Below, in pieces: positions 38,901-47,370 of a stretch of DNA of 50,922 nt. How positions within the stretch are numbered: the first letter of the stretch is position 1; the number at the start of each line of letters is the position of its first letter. The stretch covers positions 1 through 50,922 of IMG/VR virus record IMGVR_UViG_3300037045_000347. The stretch is one strand, 5' to 3'. The position numbers were made by a program, and so were the translations under genes. The DNA comes from a virus (taxonomy: Duplodnaviria > Caudoviricetes). Below the pieces are notes generated by a model. It did no database searches. It saw nothing but the letters and a program-made list of their open reading frames with translations, and was not told the DNA's origin.

Positions 38901-40778
38901 ACTTTGGAGAGAAGCCGGGCAAGCATCATAGTAGGATAAGAAAGAATCAAAGTGGGCTAAGATTTTGTCCTTATCATCATAGTTAAATCCGTCCTTGTAT
39001 TGCGGAATTATGGTCTTGAAGATTTCAGCTCGTAAGTCGGGTTTGCCAATACCCAAACCTTTGAAGAAGTCCAGGGCTTCTTCATCCTCTGTAAATGGTT
39101 TGTAAATGGTATCGTAGCTTGTTGCCCTTTCAGAAGGCAGAAAAATATTAGGTGCTGTTAAATCATCATTGAAAGGTACAACGGCCTTTCTGTATTGGTT
39201 TAGCAGGATTGGTCGCTTTTGAGCAAGCTTCTCTTTATCGTCCCAAAGGGATTTTCTTCCTCCCAAATAACCATAGAATTTCAATAACCATTCATCTGAT
39301 TGTGCTTCCATGAAAGAAGCATCAATTCTCCTCAGAAGTTTTTTAGGGTCTAAGGTGTCGTTAATGATTGAATTGATATAGCTTTCTAAGGTCTTATTCG
39401 CTTGGTTAAGTTGCTTCTGTCCCTTGCTTACGAACACCAATCCTGAATCAGGGTTGCCAATTAGCTTGCTGATTTGTTGGTCGGAAAAGAGTTCTGCTAA
39501 CTCGGGATCTGATGCCCAATATGACTTTGCAGTTTTGTAGTACTTTCCATTTCTGCCAGGCAGTAATTGGTCGGCTTGAAACTTCTTTAGGATTTCGGTG
39601 TAGAAGGGTTTGAATGAAATTTTTGCTTTACTACCTACGTCTGAAAAATCACTTTCCTTGTATGGAATCAGTTCTAAAATACTGTCGTTGAGTAGGTAGG
39701 TTTTATCCCTTTCACCAATGGTTTTGAGTATCGGTAAAGAATTGGCAGCAAGCTTTGCCGCAAGCTGCATGATTTCCACATTCCATTGCTCACCTGCTTT
39801 TATTCCCTCTCTACTATCTGTCAAAAGGAAAGGGGCCTGAATAACAAAGCCTAACTTGGTTTCTTCTTTGGTTGGAAAGAAGCAAAATGCTTCATAGGTA
39901 TATCCGGTTTCCAGTTCCTTTTGATCGAGAACAAAGAAACCTACATAGATGCGGTGGTGGGATTTAAGCTGCTTGTGTGAAACGCCAGTAGAAAATAACC
40001 AAATCAATTCTTTTTTATTGACTTCATTTTCTACGCTTTCAACCTCCATTAACTCAGCTCGGATATTGTCGAACTGTTCTGTTTTTAATGCTTGCTTTGA
40101 ATAGATGCCTTCTTTATCATTTGATTTCCAAGTTATCTTTTGAAGATTGGTAAGGAATAAAATAGGTTGAAAGAGTGAATCTAATTTGTCCTCAATCTCG
40201 GTATAGGCATCTTCTGGCGACTTTGAAATGTGATTAAAAGGGAAGTAGAAAACTGTTTCACCTGCTGCCCTCTGGCCATTCAAGGATTCAATTTCATTGG
40301 GTACTATGTAGTTTTCCAGTTTGAAGTTGAAATTATCATCATAAATGTGCGGAGACATGCTGTAAGCAAAAACCGCTTTGAAGCCTATTCCAAACTTTCC
40401 GATTTTTTGTTCATCAATCTTGGTTGAATTGCCAATGGAAGTAATGGCGTTTATATGACCAAGGTTGCCAGTTTCTGAATCTTCATCTTCATTGTCCGGG
40501 TCTGATATAGAGAAGCGAACAGAGCCATTGTGCTTAAACCAAAGTCCGTCTTCTTCAAGGCGAAAATCAACCCAAGTGGCTTTTGTATCATCTGCGTTCT
40601 GCAGCAATTCATAAACGAAGTGGGCACTGTCGGAATACTTCTTAATTGCTGTTTCCCAAATTCCACGGTACGCCTTTTTAAGCAAGACTTCCACGTCTCT
40701 TTGCTTAATCTCCTGTAGCCTGGTTAAAAATTGTTTCTCTGTTGCCATATCAAAACGGGTCAATGCTAGTTGTTTCAA
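35928..40778 (-). CDS. Sacsin/NO VEIN-like GHKL ATPase fused to a UPF1/DNA2-type SF1 helicase
   Basis: N-terminal YELLQNADD, HNG, GKFGIGFKAVF; C-terminal GPPGTGKT, IIDEAS, GDPFQ, QYR, CPYKAQ, TIHGFQG, NVSISRAR; start TTG 40778 or ATG 40748. Confidence 0.88.
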   Translation of the reverse strand: MKQLALTRFDMATEKQFLTRLQEIKQRDVEVLLKKAYRGIWETAIKKYSDSAHFVYELLQNADDTKATWVDFRLEEDGLWFKHNGSVRFSISDPDNEDEDSETGNLGHINAITSIGNSTKIDEQKIGKFGIGFKAVFAYSMSPHIYDDNFNFKLENYIVPNEIESLNGQRAAGETVFYFPFNHISKSPEDAYTEIEDKLDSLFQPILFLTNLQKITWKSNDKEGIYSKQALKTEQFDNIRAELMEVESVENEVNKKELIWLFSTGVSHKQLKSHHRIYVGFFVLDQKELETGYTYEAFCFFPTKEETKLGFVIQAPFLLTDSREGIKAGEQWNVEIMQLAAKLAANSLPILKTIGERDKTYLLNDSILELIPYKESDFSDVGSKAKISFKPFYTEILKKFQADQLLPGRNGKYYKTAKSYWASDPELAELFSDQQISKLIGNPDSGLVFVSKGQKQLNQANKTLESYINSIINDTLDPKKLLRRIDASFMEAQSDEWLLKFYGYLGGRKSLWDDKEKLAQKRPILLNQYRKAVVPFNDDLTAPNIFLPSERATSYDTIYKPFTEDEEALDFFKGLGIGKPDLRAEIFKTIIPQYKDGFNYDDKDKILAHFDSFLSYYDACPASLQSDYLDKLQETCFIATRKAIEPDTVYFCFPESVYIPSEKLNKYFAHAKEVYILDEDYYLDFIHSPRKSSFYSFLSALGCSNQPRMLDRELESNYENKERFGLEEIEVSQTYVSNQTITDTILEGIEEAVSNINPELSALIWEYMLFHVHGKSSYSLESSIMGNFRYVPKWNQYQKSQKFESTLSSILKNDKWLYDTEGNLKSASEIQREYLNEIYTSQDFDISAFLEFLGIENPEDELDLSEEQRAAYLLGKKLQEEGITEEELAEALSMIKAKKKSASAQGNPNTDEEEDFMDDAIEDTLDRLKKGIKKKRKARAENQDEETQKEEQESPESMADQDEYTKPSVDLQKKIDKLKEQTEAQIEDLTRIEKLNEIVNESEMYSYAWFKALLELEYLSSSESNTQGKEISIQFTKAEKEPGTERTLILKHPNRYIPQSIEDIGDLQIRLYHGEESKTVTVEVVSVKEYTLRAKLKKSADISEIDLSKVNRIVIDIKNPVFILEELRKAFNQLGFEDDYNLQQNLPEDIRFIFGPPGTGKTTYLATNEIIPLMQQEENLKVLVLTPTNKSADVLTKRIIEKMGDDETYHHWLLRFGNTSDESLENSSVVIDKAFDIRTKPKNTTITTIARFAYDYFQPEIHDERLHLKFLEWDYIIIDEASMVNLASIAYVLYQKPDAKFVIAGDPFQIQPITLIDHWKDMNIYSMVNLDRFVEPTTVPHEFEIVNLRKQYRAVPTIGNVFSHFTYNGILEHHRTSAEQKPLNISGFDFKDINIIKFPVAKFESIYKPNTLNKSNYQVYSALFTVEFAQSLAFQIQSSHKDKFRIGIICPYKAQATLIEKLLAQQFEDTEKVEILIGTIHGFQGDECDIIISIFNPPYSISKHPGMFLNKQNILNVSISRARDYLFIIMPDDNTQDIDNLYKIKKIERLIYRHAPNNHSVYESTQIEEIMFGSDTYIYDNSFATSHQTVNVYSKPERKYEVRCEEVAVDVQIKQT

Positions 40779-43537
40779 ACTTTCAAATCACTTACTGAGC
40801 CAACTACACGGTAATTCACATGATCTATCACTTCAAAGTGCTTCTCTGCACATGTTATCTTCAATCGCTCGCTATCTCTTAATAAGGTGCGGTCTTTTGC
40901 TGCTTTAGGGTCTTTGGTTTCAGCTACAAAGTAGATTTTGGTTTCTTCACCATCCTCTTTCTTAATTAATGCCCAATCAGGATTGTATGGACCAATTGGA
41001 GTTTTGACCACAAATGTTCTTGGAAGCTTTACATAGAAAAGTATATCATCCCTGCTTTCGCAATCTTCGGCAAACCTACGTTCCGGTGAACTGAGGGAAT
41101 CAATGGCCACATAGTTGTAAAGCGTTTTGGCTTGTTTCTTAACCTCTATCAGGTTTTCCAAATACTGCTCGATTTCTGCGGATTCGAACAACTTCATTTC
41201 ATAGACCTGTCCGGCAATCTTTTCATATTGGATACCATTGATCTTGATGCGGTCAAATTCATGTTTTATGATGCGTACCACGCTATCCATGAATAACTGA
41301 GGGTTGTTGAAGATTTCGCCCAATCGGTTTGAGTTCAATACGATTTGGGTAATGGTATCTCGGGTAAGCTCTGTTTTAGACTGGATATAAGCAATGAAAT
41401 CAGGGATTTCATAATTGGTGTCTTTTACCATTTTCTCCTTTGAGCCTTTCTGCTCTCCGCCTAATTCTATCAGCTTGCCTTTGGCATCTCTAACGAATTT
41501 TGCTACATTCTTTTCACGGTAGATTACAGGACGTTCGATAGGGGGCATTGCTTGCAATGCAGCCACACAATTTGCAATTAGCTCTTCGGTGCTGTAATCA
41601 ACTTTATATTCTGTTTTGGCTCTTATTTTCTCCCAAAGCTCAAGGAATAGCGCATCCTCCATCCATTTGTTTTTGAGTTTTACGCTTGTTCTTGCTCTTG
41701 CATTTTTGATACGGCCTTCGAACTTCACGCCACAATCTTCCTCTATTTCCTTTTGTAAGGCTTTAGAGAATGATTCATAGGCTTCATTGGCGATGACAGT
41801 AAGCCTATTGATAGCACGGTCAAGGTTTCTTGCTCCGGTTTGGTCAACGCATAAGCGGAGACCTCTCCCGATTTCCTGGCGTTTCTTAATATCCGACTTG
41901 GTTTCGTTAAGCGTACAGATTTGGAATACATTGGGATTGTCCCAACCTTCACGCAATGCGGAGTGACTGAAAATGAAACGGAGCGGTACTTTTTCATCTA
42001 ACAACCTTTCCTTATCACGCATGATTAGGTTGAAGGTATCATCATCTGCTTTTGTGGTTTTGGCCTCTTTGGTGTCTTTGTATTTACCTGCTTTATCTTG
42101 GCTGAAATATCCATCATGTACGTCTTTAGCTTTGAAGCTCATTAAACCCCTGTAAGCAGGCATATTCTGCCATTTGGTATAGCTTTCTTCAAACCATTCG
42201 GCAAACTTCCCCTGTATGGTGTTTCCGCTATCATCATATTCACGATAATTGGCTACACGGTCGATAAAAAAGATTGATAATACCTTGATTCCTTTGCCCT
42301 GCAACTCTTTCTCTTTCTTGAAGTGGTTCTCTACCGTGGCATCTACCATTTCCTTAAGTATCTGGTCGGTTAGACCTCCCACGGCTTGACCCTGATAGAC
42401 AATTTGACCACTTGAAAACTCAATGAACTGATTGTCGGCATCTACCTCATTGATTACATAGCCGTCTTTGTATATGTCCCAATTTTTAGAAAGCTTGTAA
42501 AGGTCGTCTCCAACATTTGCGGAAACCTGTTTCTTCTGTAAGCCTGTTTTTTCATTGACAAATATTGAAACCTTGGCAGTTACTGATTTCTTAGCCATAT
42601 GGAAACCATCTACACTGATAAAGGCTCCTGAACTATCGTTTCGGGCTACAACGGAATCAACCTCAATTTGCTTTACCAAGCCTAAATCATACGCCTTCAC
42701 CGGGTCAAGCTTGTAGACCAGGTTGTAAAGGTTTTTGTGAGTTGCAGAATACCTCAGTGTAAATAGGGGATTGAGATTGGCAATAGCTCGCTTTCGGATA
42801 TCCGTTTCCATATTCTGCGGCTCGTCTATAATCACGATCGGATTGGATTTCTGAATATATTCTATAGGCTTTATGCCTGATTCTCTTACCTGATTGATGA
42901 CGTTGGCATCTTTGGTGAAGGAATCAATATTGATTACTAAAATTTGAATGGCGTTGCTTTTGGCAAAATTGCCCAAGTCTGACAAACGGCCTGAATCATA
43001 CAACTTGTAATCCGCAGGTTGATTTTCATAGATTTCCTGAAAGTGATCGAAGGTGATTTGGAGAGATTTGATAACCCCTTCACGAATAGCCACGGAAGGA
43101 ACTACAATTACAAACTTCTTAAAGCCATACACTTTGTTGAGTTCGTAAATGGAACGGAGATACACATAGGTTTTTCCCGTTCCGGTTTCCATTTCTACGG
43201 AATAATTAGGAAACTCGGTTACTACTGATTTACCTTCCAGAACACCTTTTATGGATGCATCTTCATTGTACCAAAGCTTTTCAATGACAGGCGAGATTTC
43301 GTCTTCTCTTAGCTCATTTTCTCTTTGAACTTTATTGAGATTTGTTAGCAACTCTTCTTCCGTAAGTGCAAGATTGTTGCCCACACCTGCCTCGGTGAAC
43401 TTAATACTGCCGCTATTGGTATCAGCCATAGAGAACTCAAAATCTGAATTGCTCAAAGGCTGGCCGTCAAACAAGTCAATAACTGATTGAATGGCTTGAA
43501 GCTGGTATTCTTGGTTTTTATCGAACTGTAGTTTCAT
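40775..43537 (-). CDS. res: Type III restriction-modification enzyme, restriction subunit
   Basis: METGTGKTYVY, IIDEPQ, RYSATH, SALREGWDNPNVFQIC, QEIGRGLR and C-terminal YNPDWA...VAETK nuclease. Confidence 0.95.
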   Translation of the reverse strand: MKLQFDKNQEYQLQAIQSVIDLFDGQPLSNSDFEFSMADTNSGSIKFTEAGVGNNLALTEEELLTNLNKVQRENELREDEISPVIEKLWYNEDASIKGVLEGKSVVTEFPNYSVEMETGTGKTYVYLRSIYELNKVYGFKKFVIVVPSVAIREGVIKSLQITFDHFQEIYENQPADYKLYDSGRLSDLGNFAKSNAIQILVINIDSFTKDANVINQVRESGIKPIEYIQKSNPIVIIDEPQNMETDIRKRAIANLNPLFTLRYSATHKNLYNLVYKLDPVKAYDLGLVKQIEVDSVVARNDSSGAFISVDGFHMAKKSVTAKVSIFVNEKTGLQKKQVSANVGDDLYKLSKNWDIYKDGYVINEVDADNQFIEFSSGQIVYQGQAVGGLTDQILKEMVDATVENHFKKEKELQGKGIKVLSIFFIDRVANYREYDDSGNTIQGKFAEWFEESYTKWQNMPAYRGLMSFKAKDVHDGYFSQDKAGKYKDTKEAKTTKADDDTFNLIMRDKERLLDEKVPLRFIFSHSALREGWDNPNVFQICTLNETKSDIKKRQEIGRGLRLCVDQTGARNLDRAINRLTVIANEAYESFSKALQKEIEEDCGVKFEGRIKNARARTSVKLKNKWMEDALFLELWEKIRAKTEYKVDYSTEELIANCVAALQAMPPIERPVIYREKNVAKFVRDAKGKLIELGGEQKGSKEKMVKDTNYEIPDFIAYIQSKTELTRDTITQIVLNSNRLGEIFNNPQLFMDSVVRIIKHEFDRIKINGIQYEKIAGQVYEMKLFESAEIEQYLENLIEVKKQAKTLYNYVAIDSLSSPERRFAEDCESRDDILFYVKLPRTFVVKTPIGPYNPDWALIKKEDGEETKIYFVAETKDPKAAKDRTLLRDSERLKITCAEKHFEVIDHVNYRVVGSVSDLKV

Positions 43538-43551
43538 ACTTAATTCAATTT

Positions 43552-44316
43552 TTAAGAGTTTGTCGAAGTAACTCCCTTAATTAGTTTGTAAATTTCATTA
43601 CAATCAAGTGCACGACTAAAGGGTATAACTCTGTAAGTGGATTCAACCTCAACCTCGCTTACTTCATCTTCTGGAATTAAATTCTTTTCAATGGCAATTG
43701 CATCATTGGCCATCATTTCCCATGTAGCTCCTCCGGTTAAATAAACAGTAAATCCGTCCCGTTTATATTCTGTCAAAAAGCTTATGGGACTGGGTACATG
43801 ATACAATGTCCTTAAATAGAAGTCTTTTTGAATCTCATCAGGTTTGTAGTTGTTTTTATATGGGCCAAGAATATCGAACTCGTAATTTTTACTACAAATG
43901 GCAAACTCTACACCGTTGCGTGGGAAAGACGAACGCACTTCAATGGTTTTGTTTAGATGAAGGGTTTCTAGGTCAACTTGGTTAGTTGCGCTCGTATAAT
44001 CTGTTTCCTTCACTAAAAGATTTAGAGAAACAGTATTTAAAAAGTTTTTCCAGCAATATTCGGCTAGAACACCTGCAATTCCATTACTGAGCTTTCTATC
44101 CTTATTTCGTGAAGTAGTTGATGCATTTGCCGCTTTATCGTTTACCGAATTAGCAAGCAATTCACCAGCTTCAGTGATTTTATTTAGAACTGTTTTATCA
44201 AATAGTTCAGATTGATAATAGAACTGATATTTTGCAATGAAAAAAGGCCTTATTCGCTTTGAGTCCGAATATGACGCAATCCTCTGGCATTCAATTTTTT
44301 CAACGGTTACCTTCAT
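43552..44316 (-). CDS. Hypothetical protein, PD-(D/E)XK restriction-endonuclease-like
   Basis: GVLAE helix, VDL and TIEVRSS pattern; inserted between mod and res. Confidence 0.55.
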   Translation of the reverse strand: MKVTVEKIECQRIASYSDSKRIRPFFIAKYQFYYQSELFDKTVLNKITEAGELLANSVNDKAANASTTSRNKDRKLSNGIAGVLAEYCWKNFLNTVSLNLLVKETDYTSATNQVDLETLHLNKTIEVRSSFPRNGVEFAICSKNYEFDILGPYKNNYKPDEIQKDFYLRTLYHVPSPISFLTEYKRDGFTVYLTGGATWEMMANDAIAIEKNLIPEDEVSEVEVESTYRVIPFSRALDCNEIYKLIKGVTSTNS

Positions 44317-44325
44317 GCGTTTTGA

Positions 44326-46221
44326 TTAGATTGATTGGAATGAAATGCCTACTTGCTCCAACTTTAAAATAGTATTTGTTTTCAGGCTGTCCTCACCTTT
44401 AAATAATCTGTCCAAACAAATCACATGTCGAGGCTTTAATTCTATAATCTTTTGTTGTACCTCCATAGAAAATGCTTCAAGAACAAAAACTAATTTTCGG
44501 GTGGGGATATGAAAAATGGTAGTTGAGGAAACCACGATTTCATTAATCGTTTCAGTTAATCCAATGCCATTCTTTATTGATAATTCCCAAAGCATATTTA
44601 TAGACTCCTTTGCTTCGGTGTGTTGATCTTGAAATAGTTTGGTTTGGCTTACCAAATCTTGTTCTGATTTAATTAAGTCGCTTCTCCATATTCTAAAGTT
44701 TGAATCAGAAAGTTTAAAAAAGCGGAATCCTAAGGAGGTTGTGTTTTGATTGAAATTTAAGGCTCCCTGTCTTTTTTCTTCTATCGACTTTATTACGTCC
44801 TTAATTCTCGTCCTTGTAATATCAGAAATAACCCTATGACCTTTTTGATAAGCTTCTTCTTTTGGATCAATTTGTTCTGGAAGTTGAATTGAAATGAATT
44901 TAAGGTTTGAATCTTTTTCTTCATTATATTCTAAAACCGCATGTGCAGTAGAGCCACTTCCGGCAAAGAAATCAAGTACGGTGCCCTCTGTTGAATCACC
45001 AAAAGCAATCTCAAGCAATAACTTGATTAGATCAGGATTCTTTGGGTTATTGAAGGGTATTTCAAAACCTTGTGGGGACTTAGACGCAAAAATATCTTGC
45101 CATAATGTATTTCTAAGGATCTTATCATTTGGTGCAATCCAGTGTTCAACACCTTGATTTAATCCCTTGCCTTCCGGCTTACGCCTAATAAACTTTTTGT
45201 TTGATCCTGTACTTTGCCAGTATTCTTCGAGAGTCATTTTAGAGGCAAACTTTTCTTCGTACTCTTGATAGTTCTTAACTGCTTCTTGTGCAACGTCCTC
45301 TTTCCACTTCCACTGACCTTTTTCGATAGACACACCTAAAAGTTCATACTGCATTGTTTTTCTTTCAGCATCATTCCAAAAGCCTTTCCAGTAACCTTCA
45401 GATTTACGTTTTTCGGAAGCCTCTCTGAATACCGGGTTCATCCTTGTTGATGCGGATTTTGAATAGATCAAAACGTACTCAGCACCTGTATTGAATGATT
45501 TTAGGCCTTCGGAGAGAAATTGAGTATTGATATTCTTATCATATCGTCTAACAAGTAGAATGTTTCTGAAATTTTCTTCTCCGAAAATTTCATCCATTAG
45601 AAGTTTTAAAGAAGAAAGCTCGTTGTCATCTATGGAAACAAATATTAGTCCGTCCTCATGCAATAGATTTCTTCCTAAAATTAAACGTGGCAGCATCATT
45701 GAAAGCCAATTTGAGTGAAATTGGCCATTCTCTTTTCTATTTGGACGAAATAAGCCCTCTTTGGTCATATACCCTTCTTCATCTTTCTCACCTACACGGA
45801 GGAGGTATTCTTCTTTAGATTCAGTGAATTTATCAGGATAAATAAAGTTGTCCGAACCTGTATTGTATGGAGGGTCTATGTATATAGCGTTAATCTGACC
45901 ATAGTAGGATTTCTGCAAAACTTTAAGTGTCTCTAGATTTTCTCCTTCAATCAAAATATGTTCAGCATTATTCCATTTGGTTGATTCTTTTATAAAAGGT
46001 TTTAGGGTTGAGGTTGTGGGAACTTGCAATAATTTGTATGCATCCGTTTTCCCTGCCCAATTCAGTTGATACCTTTCAGAATCGGTATTGATGCTTTCAC
46101 CCAAAATCTGCTTGAGTTGTTCCACATTGATTTTGTCTTCGGTAAAGGCACCTGGAATGATTTCCTTCAATTTGGAGATAAGGTCTTCCGTAATATTCAA
46201 AGATTTGCCGTCCATGCTCAT
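44326..46221 (-). CDS. mod: Type III restriction-modification enzyme, methyltransferase subunit
   Basis: IYIDPPYNTG (motif IV) before LDFFAGSGSTAHA (motif I), beta order; HSNWLSMM; upstream of res. Confidence 0.95.
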   Translation of the reverse strand: MSMDGKSLNITEDLISKLKEIIPGAFTEDKINVEQLKQILGESINTDSERYQLNWAGKTDAYKLLQVPTTSTLKPFIKESTKWNNAEHILIEGENLETLKVLQKSYYGQINAIYIDPPYNTGSDNFIYPDKFTESKEEYLLRVGEKDEEGYMTKEGLFRPNRKENGQFHSNWLSMMLPRLILGRNLLHEDGLIFVSIDDNELSSLKLLMDEIFGEENFRNILLVRRYDKNINTQFLSEGLKSFNTGAEYVLIYSKSASTRMNPVFREASEKRKSEGYWKGFWNDAERKTMQYELLGVSIEKGQWKWKEDVAQEAVKNYQEYEEKFASKMTLEEYWQSTGSNKKFIRRKPEGKGLNQGVEHWIAPNDKILRNTLWQDIFASKSPQGFEIPFNNPKNPDLIKLLLEIAFGDSTEGTVLDFFAGSGSTAHAVLEYNEEKDSNLKFISIQLPEQIDPKEEAYQKGHRVISDITRTRIKDVIKSIEEKRQGALNFNQNTTSLGFRFFKLSDSNFRIWRSDLIKSEQDLVSQTKLFQDQHTEAKESINMLWELSIKNGIGLTETINEIVVSSTTIFHIPTRKLVFVLEAFSMEVQQKIIELKPRHVICLDRLFKGEDSLKTNTILKLEQVGISFQSI

Positions 46222-46280
46222 TTATTTCTTAGTGTTTTCTTATATTAATATCGTTCCTCAAATGCAGTATCTAGCATGTG

Positions 46281-46412
46281 CCCTAACGGTTTGGCGCTTG
46301 GCGCAGTGGCGGATTTCGGAGCACAAAACTGTCAATACACCACAAAAGTTGATGCGAGGTAGAATGTTCAATTAACCACGTCACCCGCCATTGCGGCAAA
46401 CGGCTGTTAGCG
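46281..46412 (-). repeat. attC-like recombination site 2 (132 bp)
   Basis: Minus strand CGCTAAC...GTTAGGG; arms CGCAATGGCGG / CCGCCACTGCG; same length and shared internal blocks with site 1. Confidence 0.8.
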
Positions 46413-47332
46413 GTAGGTTTTCTTTTCTGTCGTTGTGTTTCGATTATTATCATATACAGTAGTGCCAAGTTGTTGTGTCTTTAGAACCTCTAATAATTCT
46501 AAATTGTCCGTTACCGTTAAATGCTACAATTAAATAGTTTCCCCTTTGCCAAAATCCTTTTGCAACTGCAAGAACATTGTTCCAGTTCTTGTTCAGAAGT
46601 GGTTGGTGGTCTGTTGGATTTGGATGTCCAGGCGAAGTAAATTCTTGCTTACTTGTCCCAGTTACATTAGTCCACGATGAAATTTCAAAACTCCCTTTAG
46701 AAATGGAATTTTTTAGTCCAACTGCATAAGCTGGAGTAAGCCCTTGGTAATAACTACTTACTGCCCAAGTTGTCCGTGTAGCGTTGTATGGACTTGTGCC
46801 TCTTGTCAATGCGTTTTGAATAGGAAAAATGAATACGTTATCGTATGGTGTCGTTGGATTAACAAATTCAGCAGCCATTGCATCTAAGTCATCAGGTAAA
46901 AGTCTTGATGAGTTTGGGGGACTAACTTCATTTAATGTTTCTCCATTTTGTGATTCTGATAAACCGTCAAATATTGCAGATTCAATCAAGTCAGCTACAT
47001 TATTGTCTGTCGGTAAGTTATGTGCAAGAATAATCCATTCAACATCTTCATTATTATTCCAAATGTCTAATATACGAATGACTTTACTGCTCATTTGCTT
47101 AAACGGCATTGAAGAATTTATGCAATTGTCTGCTTCATTAAAGTGTTCAAATACTCTGTCATTTATTCCTTGTCCAACATAAAATATTTTTCCGTCCCTC
47201 GGGTCACGCAATGCGTAAACATATTTCCCAAGTTTTTCTTTTTGTAAAATGTCAAAAGTCCGCTGACTATTCATTTCTTTTTTTTATTGTCTGTCACTTA
47301 TTGTTTGAACTGTCTGTTAAACTTACCGCTAA
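46287..47332 (-). mobile_element. Integron-like single-gene cassette, 1046 bp
   Basis: AAACTTACCGCTAAC (47319-47333) and GTTAGCGGTAGGTTT (46406-46420) are reverse complements at 14/15 positions. Confidence 0.75.
46450..47274 (-). CDS. GIY-YIG nuclease-family protein (LEM-3/Ankle1-like)
   Basis: YVYALRDPRDGKIFYVGQG...RVFEH...LIESAI...TLN. Confidence 0.85.
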   Translation of the reverse strand: MNSQRTFDILQKEKLGKYVYALRDPRDGKIFYVGQGINDRVFEHFNEADNCINSSMPFKQMSSKVIRILDIWNNNEDVEWIILAHNLPTDNNVADLIESAIFDGLSESQNGETLNEVSPPNSSRLLPDDLDAMAAEFVNPTTPYDNVFIFPIQNALTRGTSPYNATRTTWAVSSYYQGLTPAYAVGLKNSISKGSFEISSWTNVTGTSKQEFTSPGHPNPTDHQPLLNKNWNNVLAVAKGFWQRGNYLIVAFNGNGQFRIIRGSKDTTTWHYCI

Positions 47333-47370
47333 CATCTCTGTATGCGAAGCCTAAATTTTATATGCGAAGC
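47327..47370 (-). other. attI-like site at the head of the cassette array
   Basis: Core GTTAGCG (minus) has no partner hairpin upstream; instead an exact 10-bp direct repeat TATGCGAAGC at 47341 and 47361. Confidence 0.5.

Larger units (their letters stand above)
35780..46286 (-). mobile_element. Integron-like gene cassette, about 10.5 kb, four genes
   Basis: GTGCCCTAAC (46278-46287) is the exact reverse complement of GTTAGGGCAC (35899-35908), bracketing the operon. Confidence 0.7.

Noticed and set aside
44326-46221. Phase-variable simple sequence repeat in mod (phasevarion)
   Set aside because: No long homopolymer or short tandem repeat tract seen in the gene or its leader
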